64,000 bases of DNA from Spirochaetota bacterium (GCA_965205605.1 CBDBHE010000006.1:96001-160000); one strand, 5' to 3'; positions 18,741 to 29,244 are shown, counted from the first letter of the stretch. The notes: a model not told the origin generated them from the sequence alone. Program-made: numbers and translations.

Positions 18741-19904
18741 TTATTTGACAGGTTTTGGAAGAAAATTTTGAAAAAATTTGAGATTAAATGAATTCATAGA
18801 AATGATTAGGTGTTCTATAACACTTGATTGAATCGTTTCATAAAGGCTCCAATCAGTTTCGGTAATAAAAGCATGAATCTCTAAAACAAGTCCTTTTTCG
18901 TCAATTGTTTTATATTTTGTGACGATAGGGGATTCTTTAGAAATGCTTGGGTGTTTTTTTAAATACAATAGAATGTAATTTCTGAAAGATTCAAGATTGT
19001 TGATGGGGGGGGGGTGTTTTAACACATTTTTTATATTGGGATTAGTTGTTGTTATAGACTGTTTTTCTTTTTGAGTTAAAGGGTGGATGCTTTGTAGATC
19101 AATAGGAATTGTTTTTTTCATTTTTCTTTTTTTTGAGATTTGCATAAAACGATAATTTTTAAAAGGTTCTGAAATTAAAATATAAGCAGGTAAACACGTT
19201 ATTGTGTTATCCCAATTTTTTATTTTGATGGTATTTAGCGTAATTTCTAATACTTTGCCATCAATATTGTATTTTGGAATCTTAATCCAATCATTAATAC
19301 GTAGCATGTCGTAAGTTGTAATTTGAATACTTGCAACAAATCCTAAGATCGTATCTTTAAAAACAAAAATAATAATGGCAGTTAAAGCTCCAATACCACT
19401 TAAAATTGTAAGAGGGGATTGGTTCATTAGGGTACCAATAGAATATAAAGTGGCTAGTGTGTAGAGAGTGATTCTTAATACTTGAAAAAAAATTTTAAGA
19501 GGGTGATTTTTATAAATTTGAGTTTTTTGATAAAATTTTTCAAATGTTTTAATAAAGGTTTCTAAGATTAAAACTAAAATAACAATGAGGTAAATAAGCA
19601 CTATTTTTATTATTAGAGTTTGGCTCGGGTTTTTTTGGGTCAAAAAGGAGTAGAAAGTAAGACCTAAAATTAATAAAGTAATATAACTTAAAAGATTATT
19701 TTTAATTAAAATAGAAATCCATTTAAATTTTTTGGCTATTTTGGTAATAGAATAAATAAGTGTCTTTTTGATGATTAGATAAAAAAAACCAATAAAGCCA
19801 ATAAAAATAAATAGTAAAGATAAAGTACTAATAAAAGTATTGGTAAAGAGATATTGATAAAAAAAATTAAGAAAGCTAATTGTTATTTTTGGTAAGTTTT
19901 CCAT
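18741..19904 (-). CDS. Mechanosensitive ion channel, MscS family (YbdG-like)
   Basis: Multiple TM helices; VFKDTILGFVASIQ, DWI.IPKY..DG.V.EITLNTIKIKNWDNT. Confidence 0.88.
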   Translation of the reverse strand: MENLPKITISFLNFFYQYLFTNTFISTLSLLFIFIGFIGFFYLIIKKTLIYSITKIAKKFKWISILIKNNLLSYITLLILGLTFYSFLTQKNPSQTLIIKIVLIYLIVILVLILETFIKTFEKFYQKTQIYKNHPLKIFFQVLRITLYTLATLYSIGTLMNQSPLTILSGIGALTAIIIFVFKDTILGFVASIQITTYDMLRINDWIKIPKYNIDGKVLEITLNTIKIKNWDNTITCLPAYILISEPFKNYRFMQISKKRKMKKTIPIDLQSIHPLTQKEKQSITTTNPNIKNVLKHPPPINNLESFRNYILLYLKKHPSISKESPIVTKYKTIDEKGLVLEIHAFITETDWSLYETIQSSVIEHLIISMNSFNLKFFQNFLPKPVK

Positions 19905-19959
19905 AAAGATTGATTATTTTACTATTTTTAAGAATTTATAAAATAAAAGAAAAAAAACC

Positions 19960-20823
19960 TTAAAGAGATTTAAGGATATCTTGTATTTGTTCAAAACGGT
20001 TAAGGCAATAAAAATGAATACCGGGAACGTTTGATTTTAAAAGTTCTTGGCATTGCTTGATTGCATAATGAGTCCCGATAGCTTTAATTTTTTTTGAATC
20101 ATTTTGATGAGTCTCCATTTGTTTGAGAAGACTTTTTGGGAGTTTAGTACCACAAAGTTGTGTGAATTTTTTGATTTGCTTGGCATTACTAATAGGCATA
20201 ATACCTGGGATAATAGGTTTATTAATACCCATTTTTTTTGCTTCTTTGACGAAATTAAAATATTGTTGATTATCAAAAAACATTTGAGTAATAATAAAAT
20301 CGCTTCCCGAATTGATTTTATTATTAAGGTTTTTTAAATCTTCTTTAAAAGAAGGGGCTTCAGGGTGTTTTTCAGGATATCCAGCTACAGCAATGGAGAC
20401 ATTATTATTAATTTCTCTCATTAATTGAATAAGCTCATACGCATAGGAAAAGCCGCCATCTTTTTTTTTAAATTTTTTTTCTCCTTTTGGCGGATCGCCT
20501 CTTAAGAGAACATAATTTTCAATGCCTATTTCTAAAAAGTTTGTAAGGTCTTTTTTGATTTCTTCTTTAGTATGCCCCACACATGTATAGTGAGCCATGG
20601 TTGTGACTAAAAGCGTGTTTTGAACGTAACGACACAAATCAAAAGAAACATCTCTCGTAGAACCCCCAGACCCATAAGTAATTGAGATGTAAGAGGGGTT
20701 TAGGTTTTTTAGCTTTTCTAAAGTAAGGCCTAAAGAAAGAGTTGCTTGTAGATTTTTAGGTGGAAAAATTTCAAATGAGAAAATAGATCTTTTGTTGTGC
20801 TTGATGATTTCTATAAGGCTCAA
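19960..20823 (-). CDS. metF: 5,10-methylenetetrahydrofolate reductase
   Basis: SFEIFPPK, ITYGSGGS, LRGDPP, AGYPEKHPE, ITQMFFD and HFYCLN. Confidence 0.95.
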   Translation of the reverse strand: MSLIEIIKHNKRSIFSFEIFPPKNLQATLSLGLTLEKLKNLNPSYISITYGSGGSTRDVSFDLCRYVQNTLLVTTMAHYTCVGHTKEEIKKDLTNFLEIGIENYVLLRGDPPKGEKKFKKKDGGFSYAYELIQLMREINNNVSIAVAGYPEKHPEAPSFKEDLKNLNNKINSGSDFIITQMFFDNQQYFNFVKEAKKMGINKPIIPGIMPISNAKQIKKFTQLCGTKLPKSLLKQMETHQNDSKKIKAIGTHYAIKQCQELLKSNVPGIHFYCLNRFEQIQDILKSL

Positions 20824-20835
20824 AACAAATTGCTT

Positions 20836-22401
20836 TTACTTTTTTATTTTTTGAAATTTTTTTATAAGAATAGACGTTATTTTTGAATTTTTCTCAATGA
20901 CATTTGTTTCTTCTTTGATATCTTTAGAAAGGTCAAAAAGGTGATAAGGTTTTTTAAAAGGAATTCCCTTTGGTTTTTCTCTTCCTCCGGATCCATTCCC
21001 TAAAACTAATTTCCAATGATTATCACGAATGGAAAACATGCCTTTATGAGAATACATGATAATAGGAGGTCTTTTTTCTTCTTTTTGCTTAATTAAAGCT
21101 GATAAGAAGCTATAACTGTCTTCACTAATTCCTTTTTTAATTTTCTTTTCTCCTAGTAGAGCTGCACAAGTATTAAAAATATCGACTAGAGAGACGATTT
21201 TTTTAGATTGTGAGTTGGCTTTAATTTTACTAGGCCATCTGACAAAAAAAGGCACTCGATGACCGGCTTCCCAAATGTCAGCTTTGGTTCCTCTGAAAAC
21301 GTGGTTTGCTTTGTGATGGGTTTCTTTGTATCTTTGGATCTTAGAGTCGCTGACGTGATCGTTTGGAGCTTCTTTTGGAAGGCGATACATAAAAGAACCA
21401 TTATCACTTGTGATAAAGACGATGGTATTTTTCTTAATGCCTTTATTGTCAATGGCTTTAATAATTTGTCCAATAGACCAGTCTGTTTGATGAATAAAAT
21501 CTCCATAAGGCCCTAATTTTGTTTTATTTTGAAATCTTTTATGAACTAAAACAGGTTTATGTGGAGAAGTTAGAGGAATATAAAGAAAGAATGGATTTTT
21601 TGAAGTTGTTTTTTTAATGTATTCAGTTGATTTCTCTACAATTGTGTCTAAGCAATCAACAGGGGAAAAGTTTGGAGAGATTGGCCCTGAACGCATAAAA
21701 TTAGGGAATTTTGTTTTTTTATATGTTTGTGTAGGTAATTCTGTAATGAGATTATTTTCAATGTAAGCATAAGGAGGCATATCTAATGAAGCACTGATAC
21801 CGAAATAATAATCAAATCCTTTTTCGTTAGGGCCATTTTTAATTGGTTTTGAAAAATCCAAGGTGTCCGTAGGGTAGTCTTTAAAGAATGTATAGGGTGC
21901 TTTTTCTTTTACTTCTTTAAGCCTTTTTTTTAAAAATTTTTGATCCTTTACATGAAAATCCATCCCTAAATGCCATTTTCCAATACAAGCGGTTTGATAC
22001 CCTTTTTCTTTCAAAAATGAAGCTAAAGTAACTCGATTCTTTTTAATCAAATGAGGACTACCTCCGCCTAAAACGTTTTTTTTAAGCTCACTTCTCCAAG
22101 GATATCGACCTGTTAAAAGTCCATAGCGTGTTGGTGTGCATACAGAAGAAGGCGTATGAGCGTCCACAAAACTCATTCCTTCTTTTGCAAATTGATTTAA
22201 GTAAGGGGTTGGTATTTTGCTGTCTTTGTTTAAAGCTTGTACATCTCCATATCCCATGTCATCTGCTAAAATAATAACAATGTTAGGTTTTTCATTTTTT
22301 AAAACAAAATTAGCTTCTTTGCTTTCTTTAGCACAATGGGTACTTAGTAAGAAAACTAATAAACATAACGGAAAAAAGTTTTTTTTAATCAATAGATTCA
22401 T
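20836..22401 (-). CDS. Formylglycine-dependent (S1) sulfatase, probable lipoprotein
   Basis: PNIVIILADDMGYGD, CTPTR (CxPxR) motif, GKWHLG and SDNG; signal peptide ending LSTHC. Confidence 0.92.
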   Translation of the reverse strand: MNLLIKKNFFPLCLLVFLLSTHCAKESKEANFVLKNEKPNIVIILADDMGYGDVQALNKDSKIPTPYLNQFAKEGMSFVDAHTPSSVCTPTRYGLLTGRYPWRSELKKNVLGGGSPHLIKKNRVTLASFLKEKGYQTACIGKWHLGMDFHVKDQKFLKKRLKEVKEKAPYTFFKDYPTDTLDFSKPIKNGPNEKGFDYYFGISASLDMPPYAYIENNLITELPTQTYKKTKFPNFMRSGPISPNFSPVDCLDTIVEKSTEYIKKTTSKNPFFLYIPLTSPHKPVLVHKRFQNKTKLGPYGDFIHQTDWSIGQIIKAIDNKGIKKNTIVFITSDNGSFMYRLPKEAPNDHVSDSKIQRYKETHHKANHVFRGTKADIWEAGHRVPFFVRWPSKIKANSQSKKIVSLVDIFNTCAALLGEKKIKKGISEDSYSFLSALIKQKEEKRPPIIMYSHKGMFSIRDNHWKLVLGNGSGGREKPKGIPFKKPYHLFDLSKDIKEETNVIEKNSKITSILIKKFQKIKK

Positions 22402-22435
22402 AATAATACCTCTCTTTTTTAAAGTTTATAATGAT

Positions 22436-23440
22436 TTAAAAAATTTCGCCACTACAACTAGATCCCGACCCAGCCGTACATCCATAACAGTGATTACCTA
22501 CAGCAATTTGACGCGTTTTTATTTTATCAGTATCCCAATGATTTATGTGGTCAATGGGTTTTGTTTTCATTTCTAGCATTTGATTAAAATCACAATCATA
22601 AATAAATCCATCATAACCAATAGAAATTTGATTGCGACACATTAAAAAGGGAATCGTATTAATGTTAAAGGCATTTTTTAAAATTTCCATATAGTGATTC
22701 AATTTATTTTTTCTAACTAAAGAGGCTAGAAAACGACTAATGGGCATATTATTGATACAATAAAGATGATTAAAAACAATTTTATGTTTCGCCTTTAAGT
22801 TTTCTTTAAATTCTCTTTCTAATTGCTCTTGAGAACTACTTAAAAAAATACCCGTTGGGTTATAAACAAGATTAAGAGGAAGGTTTTTTTCTTTTCCATA
22901 ACCTAATTGATTTAGTTTTTTTAACGCAGTAATTGATTTATCAAAAATACCCTTGCCTCGTTGCTGGTCTGTTCGAAGAGCAGAGTAGTGAGGTAAGGAG
23001 GCGATAATTTCGACTTGGTGTTTTTTTAAAAAATAATGAAGATCTGTATACCCTTCTTCTTCTAAAATGGTTAAATTACAGCGATCAATAACGTGCTTAT
23101 TAAGACTACTGAAGGACTCAACGAGGTATTTAAAGTGTTGATTAATTTCAGGGGCTCCTCCTGTAATATCAATGACCTCTACTTCATTTCCAAGAGATTT
23201 AACAATCTCAACACATTTCTGAGCTGTTTGTAAACTCATTGATTCTGTTCTAATTGGAGAAGCATCAACATGGCAGTGATGACAAGCTTGATTACAAATT
23301 TTTCCAACGTTGATTTGAAAAACTTTGAGATTAAATGATTTTAATGTTTTTTCTTTATGGGCTTCTAAAGTCTTTGTAAAAGATTTTGGTTCAAATTGAT
23401 TTAAAATTTCTTTTTGTTTTTGAGTGGATAAATGACTCAT
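22436..23440 (-). CDS. arsS: Arsenosugar biosynthesis radical SAM protein (radical SAM/Cys-rich family)
   Basis: QINVGKICNQACHHCHV (CxxxCxxC), DITGGAPE, DRCNLT, YDCDFNQML and C-terminal HCYGCTAGSGSSC. Confidence 0.88.
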   Translation of the reverse strand: MSHLSTQKQKEILNQFEPKSFTKTLEAHKEKTLKSFNLKVFQINVGKICNQACHHCHVDASPIRTESMSLQTAQKCVEIVKSLGNEVEVIDITGGAPEINQHFKYLVESFSSLNKHVIDRCNLTILEEEGYTDLHYFLKKHQVEIIASLPHYSALRTDQQRGKGIFDKSITALKKLNQLGYGKEKNLPLNLVYNPTGIFLSSSQEQLEREFKENLKAKHKIVFNHLYCINNMPISRFLASLVRKNKLNHYMEILKNAFNINTIPFLMCRNQISIGYDGFIYDCDFNQMLEMKTKPIDHINHWDTDKIKTRQIAVGNHCYGCTAGSGSSCSGEIF

Positions 23441-23449
23441 AAAATTTAT

Positions 23450-23791
23450 TTATAAGTTGATTTCGTCAACCTTATTCATCATTTGAACACTATGAACAAG
23501 TGTAATCCCCGCTAACATAGATGCTGCGACATGAACGGCTTCATTCATTTGTTCTTCATCTGCTCCTTTTTCAAGGCAAGTTTTTGAGTAAGTATCAATA
23601 CAATAAGGGCATTTTAAAGCATGAGAAACTGCCAAAGCAATCAGAGATTTTTCTCTTTCACTTAAAGCTCCCGCTTTCATAGTGCTATTGTAGTAGTCAA
23701 AAAACTTGTCCCCTAGCTCTTTGTTAACTCGAGCAATATTGGAGAATTTATTTAAATCACCTGTATTATAATAATGATGGTTATTTTCCAT
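23450..23791 (-). CDS. AhpD/carboxymuconolactone decarboxylase family peroxidase-like protein of the ArsS-associated type
   Basis: GALSEREKSLIALAV and CPYC motif; YY...DL.KF N-terminus; 9 bp from arsS. Confidence 0.85.
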   Translation of the reverse strand: MENNHHYYNTGDLNKFSNIARVNKELGDKFFDYYNSTMKAGALSEREKSLIALAVSHALKCPYCIDTYSKTCLEKGADEEQMNEAVHVAASMLAGITLVHSVQMMNKVDEINL

Positions 23792-23936
23792 AATGAAAGT
23801 TGTTTGAGTAAGATAGCTTATAACATTAAAAGGTTTTTTTAATAAGTTTTTTTGATTCTTTTAAATAAAAATAAAAATTTTTTACAATTTAAGGAGATTA
23901 AGCTATAGTAAAAATAAAAATTAAATTTTTATAAAA

Positions 23937-24766
23937 ATGTTTTTCTTTTTACCCAAAAACAATCGTTATTACAGGGACTACCAAAGGGCTTTGGCAAAGC
24001 TCTTTTGGAAATTTTTTTGCAACGAAATCATAGAGTTATTTCTATTTCTAGAAGTTTAAAAGAAGTTGCTTTTTATCAAAAAAAATACCCTAATAATTTT
24101 GTGAGTTTATACGCAAATCTTTCAGAGCCAAAGTCTGTTTTAAAAATAAAGTCTGATTTAAATCGTTATGCTATTGATGTTTTGATTCATAATGCCGGTT
24201 ATGGCGAAATAGGCCCTCTCGAACTGGTTTCTTTGGATAAAATTAGAATGGAGTTTGAAGTGAATGTTTTTTCTTCTCTATCTCTTTCAAAAATGATCAT
24301 TCCTATTATGAGAGAAAGCAGAGGAGGTCTTATTATTCATGTTGGTTCTAGTGCGGGGTTTATTAGTACCCCTTTTAATGGAGCATATGCAGCTAGTAAG
24401 CATGCTTTAGAAGCGATAAATGATGCACTGAGAGTGGAGCTTAGGGCTTTTAATATTGGAGTGGTGCTTTTTCAAGCAGGGAAACTTAAAACAAGTTATC
24501 AACAAAAAATTATAAAACTAGCAGGTCAATATTTAAAATTTAAAAATCCTTATAAAACTAGTTTTGATTTGTTTATGAAAAATGAAAAAAAAAATAAAGG
24601 AAATGAAGTTTATAAGCTAACTAGAAAAATTGTTCAAATAGTGGAAAAGAATAAAAAAGCAGGTCGTTTAAAAATAGATTTTTATACAAAACTACTTTAC
24701 TTAATAAGGATTTTTTTTCCTTATTGGCTGCAAGATTTTTTAGTGGCTAAAAGAAATAAACTTTAG
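23937..24766 (+). pseudogene. SDR family oxidoreductase with a frameshifted N-terminus (pseudogene or sequence error)
   Basis: ORF 24005-24766 has HNAGYG and YAASK motifs. The Rossmann motif KTIVITGTTKG/FGKAL lies upstream across two frames, and the ATG at 23937 is in a third frame. Confidence 0.75.
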
Positions 24767-24817
24767 TTTTTTTAAAGAATTGATTTTATCTCTTAAAAAT
24801 AGTGCTTGGGTTTTACT

Positions 24818-25892
24818 TTGAAGATTGCGATGTTGCTTTCTGGAGGAGTGGATAGTTCGGTTGCACTTCATCTTTTAAAAAAAAAACATTCTTCTATCAA
24901 AGCTTTTTATTTAAAAATTTGGCTTCAAAACGAATTTATTTCTTTAGGTGATTGCCCTTGGGAAGAAGACCTTTTTTTTGTCAAACAAATTTGTAAACAA
25001 GAAAATGTGCCTTTAGAAGTTATCTCTCTTCAAGAAGAATATTGGTCTTTAGTGGTTGATTATGTTTTAAAAGAAGTGAAAGCAGGTAGAACGCCTAATC
25101 CTGATATTTATTGTAATTCTCTTATTAAATTTGATGCTTTTTTTAAGAAAATCCCGGCTTCTTTTGATAAAGTTGCTACAGGACATTACGCTAAAGTTTC
25201 TTATGAAAGCAATCAAGCAAAACTAATGTGTGCTAAAGATACGTTAAAAGATCAAACCTATTTTTTAGCTTTTCTTAAAGCAACACCAACTTAGTCGAGC
25301 TCTTTTTCCTTTAGAGAGGTATCTTAAAAAAGAAGTTAGAGCAATTGCTAGTAAAGTAAAATTTCCAAATGATAAACGAAAAGATAGTCAAGGGATTTGT
25401 TTTTTGGGTAAAGTCAAATTTAGAGAGTTTTTAAAATACCACTTAGGAGAAAAAAAAGGTAGGATTATTAACCGTGATAATCATCAAATAATAGGAAGGC
25501 ATCAAGGGCAGTGGTTTTATACCATTGGACAACGCCATGGACTCGGTCTTTCAGGAGGGCCTTGGTATGTGGTGGGTAAAGATGTGGGAGCTAATGTAGT
25601 TTATATTTCTAATAAAAACTCAATTGCTTTAAAAAAATCTTTCTTTAAAATAGAAAATTGCCAGTGGACATCAGCAGAGAGGATTAAAGAGAGTAGCAAA
25701 GAAGGAGAGGGCTTAAAAGTAAAAATAAGACATGGAGCTTTATTTTTTAATTGTTGCCTTAAAATGAAAGCTGATTTATTTTCAGGAGAAGTGTTACTTG
25801 AGCAGACAGATGCTGGGATTGCCGATGGACAGTTTGCTGTTTTTTATTTTAAGAAAGAATGCCTTGGAGGAGGGGTGATTAAAACGACATGA
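24818..25892 (+). CDS. mnmA: tRNA-specific 2-thiouridylase, interrupted by a +1 frameshift near 25277-25280
   Basis: SGGVDS, TPNPDIYCN, ATGHYA and KDQTYFL in one frame, then QLSRALFPL...RKDSQGICFLG, YTIGQRHGL and GQFAVFY...CLGGGVI in the +1 frame. Confidence 0.9.
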
Positions 25893-25902
25893 AATAAAAT
25901 GA

Positions 25903-27609
25903 TTATTTCATGTAGTCTCGTAAGATTTTACTTTGATCGGGTTTTTTAAGTCGAGCAAGTGCTTTTCCTTCAATTTGTCTAATGCGTTCTCGAGTGACTC
26001 TAAAGACATAGCCTGTTTCTTCAAGAGTCCTAGGGCAACCATCATCTAGTCCATAACGCATTTTTAAAACTTCTCTTTCTCTTTGAGGCAATTCTCCAAG
26101 CACGGATTCAATTTCTGCTCTTAACATACTAAAATTAGCAGTTGTTCTTGGATTTTCTGCTTCTTTACTTTCAATAAAGTCACCAAGAAAACTGTCATTG
26201 CGATCTCCGATAGGAGTTTCTAAAGAGATGGGGTCTTTAGAAATATTTTTAACAACATTAATTTTTTTTATTTTCCAATTTAAAATGCTAGCGAGTTCTT
26301 CTGAAGAAGGTTCTCTACCGTGTTGTTGAAGAAAGAGTCTAGTTTCTCTTGAGATTTTATTTACTTGTTCAATCATATGAACGGGAATGCGAATATTTCT
26401 TGATTTATCAGAAATGCTTCTCATAATCGCTTGGCGAATCCACCAAGTAGAATAAGTCGAAAATTTATATCCTTTTTTATAATCATATTTTTTTACAGCA
26501 TTCATAAGACCGATATTGCCTTCTTGAATGAGATCAAAAAAATGCAGGCCTCTATAAGTATATTTTTTAGCAATACTAATGACAAGGCGAAGGTTGGCTT
26601 TGACTAATTTATGTTTGCTTTCGTTCATTAAATTATTGGCTTTGGTGAGACTTCTGGAGAGTTTTGAGATTTTAATTGGACTTGCTTGTAAGTAATTGAT
26701 ATGTTCATTAATAATTTGTTGTTGTTCTACGTATCTTTTGGCGATATTAATAAAGGCTTGTTTTTTTGTTTTAGCTTGAAAAGCGTAATGGTTAATCATG
26801 CTTTTGTCTTCTAAATTATTAACAACCTTTTCAAAGTCTTCTTTAATAAGATTGTATCTTTTCGTCATAGACTCTATTTTAGATCTTGCTCTATTAATAT
26901 TTTTTTCAGCACTATAAATCGTATCTGATATTTTAGTATAAATATTTTTACTAATTTGTTCTTTCATAAAGAGTGAAGAAAGTTTTTTTTTAGATTTTTT
27001 AGTTTGTGTTTTAGAGTTATAAAATTGAAGAAAGTTTTTTTCAAACTTATCATAACGTTTTTTTAATAGTTGTTTTTCAATAGCGGATACATTGTAAATC
27101 CTAGGGGGATTTAAAACATCAAAAATAAGATCTATATTTTGTGGATTTTCTTTAATGAGACAAATGCGTTTATAGATTTCGTGATAAGTTGTTTCGACTT
27201 CATGAACAACATTAACCACTTCCAATTCTCCTTTTTCAATATCGATGGCTAATTGTTTTTCTTCTTTTTTAGTGAGTAGTTTCACTTTTCCAATGTCTTT
27301 TAGATAAAGCCTTATAGGATCATCTAATTTTCGATTATCTTTGGCTAATTTTTCTAAAAGGTCAACAATTTCTTTATTTTTTTGTTCATTACTTAATTCT
27401 GGTTTGATATGGTATTCGTCGATGACTTCGACATCATTTTCATTTAGAATAATAAGTAAATTATCAATTAAATCCTCATGATTTAAGATTTCTGTGGGAA
27501 GCATTCGGTTGATTGTTGAAAAAGTAAGCTCTTTTTCAGTTTGACCTAATTTTATAAGTTTTATGACATCTGGATGGTCTTTTAAATCTATAATTTCTGT
27601 TCTTACCAT
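25903..27609 (-). CDS. rpoD: RNA polymerase primary sigma factor
   Basis: Region 1.1 present; [43 protein letters not shown] and [10 protein letters not shown]. Confidence 0.96.
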   Translation of the reverse strand: MVRTEIIDLKDHPDVIKLIKLGQTEKELTFSTINRMLPTEILNHEDLIDNLLIILNENDVEVIDEYHIKPELSNEQKNKEIVDLLEKLAKDNRKLDDPIRLYLKDIGKVKLLTKKEEKQLAIDIEKGELEVVNVVHEVETTYHEIYKRICLIKENPQNIDLIFDVLNPPRIYNVSAIEKQLLKKRYDKFEKNFLQFYNSKTQTKKSKKKLSSLFMKEQISKNIYTKISDTIYSAEKNINRARSKIESMTKRYNLIKEDFEKVVNNLEDKSMINHYAFQAKTKKQAFINIAKRYVEQQQIINEHINYLQASPIKISKLSRSLTKANNLMNESKHKLVKANLRLVISIAKKYTYRGLHFFDLIQEGNIGLMNAVKKYDYKKGYKFSTYSTWWIRQAIMRSISDKSRNIRIPVHMIEQVNKISRETRLFLQQHGREPSSEELASILNWKIKKINVVKNISKDPISLETPIGDRNDSFLGDFIESKEAENPRTTANFSMLRAEIESVLGELPQREREVLKMRYGLDDGCPRTLEETGYVFRVTRERIRQIEGKALARLKKPDQSKILRDYMK

Positions 27610-27762
27610 TTTAATTTTTTCGTCAATTGCCTCTTTTTTTATAGGATTTTTTTTAAGATTTTTAGTTTAATTAATTCTCTTTTAAGAGTTTAAAAAAAAA
27701 TGAATTCGAATTATACCATAGATGTTAAATTTTTTTTTTAAATAAAACAAAAAAAAGTCATA

Positions 27763-28413
27763 TTATTTAAAATTAATATCTTTTCCTATAGTAGCTTGGT
27801 AAGTTATTTTTCTGTTGTTATAAGCAACCTTTATTTCCTTTTTTACTCCTCTTTCGTTTTTAATCGTATTTTTTAAAATTCCTTTTCCTTTAATGAGAAT
27901 ATTTCCATATTGATATTGGATTTGTAAAGAAGTACCTTTTTTTAAGTAAGGTTCATCTTCATATTTTTTTTCAAAAAAATATCTTATTTGTTTATTTTTT
28001 TTTGTGGGTTTTTTTTTTATAAATTGTTTGAGAATAGTTTGTTGTTGTTGCAAGAAATTTTTTTCCATCATAACAGAGTATGGTTTTATGGTTTTTTTTT
28101 GTTGGTAATAAACATGAATGCCTTCTCCATAAATAATATAGTTTTTTTCTGGAAATTGTTGATTTAAAAAATCTTGAATGTCTCCAGCGATGATGTAATT
28201 ATTGCCTTTTCGCATAGGAGAGGCCCAATTTAATAAAATTGCTTTTTCTTTTGGGAAAGAATGATTTAAGAATTGATCAACAGAAGGGTAAAGTTTATTA
28301 ATCAAAAGTTTTTCTTTTAAAAAAATAGTAATTTTTTTTTTCTTTGTTTCTTGATTCATTAAAATTAGAGTTGATAATAAAAAAATGAAAATAGATTTTA
28401 ACAAAGATGTCAT
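27763..28413 (-). CDS. Hypothetical exported protein, possibly a highly divergent FlgA
   Basis: Signal-like N-terminus; directly downstream of flgG; C-terminal LKKGTSLQIQYQYGNILIKGKG resembles the FlgA C-terminal domain. Confidence 0.45.
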   Translation of the reverse strand: MTSLLKSIFIFLLSTLILMNQETKKKKITIFLKEKLLINKLYPSVDQFLNHSFPKEKAILLNWASPMRKGNNYIIAGDIQDFLNQQFPEKNYIIYGEGIHVYYQQKKTIKPYSVMMEKNFLQQQQTILKQFIKKKPTKKNKQIRYFFEKKYEDEPYLKKGTSLQIQYQYGNILIKGKGILKNTIKNERGVKKEIKVAYNNRKITYQATIGKDINFK

Positions 28414-28449
28414 TTTGTTTTTTTATTTAAAAGGATTAGATAAGAAAAA

Positions 28450-29244
28450 TTATCTTTTAAGATTAACAGCTGTTTGGAGCATGCTATCAGAAGATTGAAT
28501 TGCTTTAGAGTTAAATTCATAAGCTCTTTGAGCGGTGATCATATTCACCATTTCATCGACGACTCTGACATTAGACATTTCTAAAAACCCTTGTAAGACT
28601 TGAGGTTGTCCATCTAATCCAGGGACTCCTTCGATAGCGTCTCCTGAAGCTTCTGTTGATTTATAAAGATTTCCCCCAATATTAGAAAGACCAGCTGGAT
28701 TAATAAATCGATGAGCTGTTAATTGAGTAATTTCTATTATTTCATCGGTTTGAATATTTCTTGCTGTAACTTGTCCTTGTTTGCTAATAGCAATACTTTT
28801 AGGATCAATATTTTCTGGAAAAGTGACTTCTGGGATTAGTTTAAGACCATTAGAATTGACTAATTGCCCATTTGCATCGAGTTTAAAACTACCATCCCTT
28901 GAAAAAGCATCTGTTCCATCAGCAAGTAAGAGTTTAAAAAATCCTCTTCCTTCTAAAGCGAGGTCTAAAAGATTGCCTGTATTTTGAAGGGATCCTTGAT
29001 CAAACATTTTTTGAGTGGCACTGACTTTAACCCCAAGTCCGACTTGAATCCCGGTAGGAACAATTGTTTCTTCAGTAGCCGGAGTCCCTGCTATTTTAAG
29101 CGTTTGATATAAAATGTCTTCAAAATCAGCTCTTGTTTTTTTATACCCTGTTGTATTGACATTGGCAATATTATTTGCAATAGTATCAATATTAAATTGT
29201 TGAGAGTTCATTCCTGAGGCTGCTGCCCATAAAGATCGCATCAT
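28450..29244 (-). CDS. flgG: Flagellar basal-body rod protein FlgG
   Basis: ANNIANVNTTGYKK, FEDILYQ, QGFLEMSNV.VVDEMVNMITAQRAYE. Confidence 0.95.
   Translation of the reverse strand: MMRSLWAAASGMNSQQFNIDTIANNIANVNTTGYKKTRADFEDILYQTLKIAGTPATEETIVPTGIQVGLGVKVSATQKMFDQGSLQNTGNLLDLALEGRGFFKLLLADGTDAFSRDGSFKLDANGQLVNSNGLKLIPEVTFPENIDPKSIAISKQGQVTARNIQTDEIIEITQLTAHRFINPAGLSNIGGNLYKSTEASGDAIEGVPGLDGQPQVLQGFLEMSNVRVVDEMVNMITAQRAYEFNSKAIQSSDSMLQTAVNLKR

Noticed and set aside
22436-23440. Selenocysteine recoding in ArsS
   Set aside because: The ORF is full length with ordinary Cys codons and no in-frame TGA
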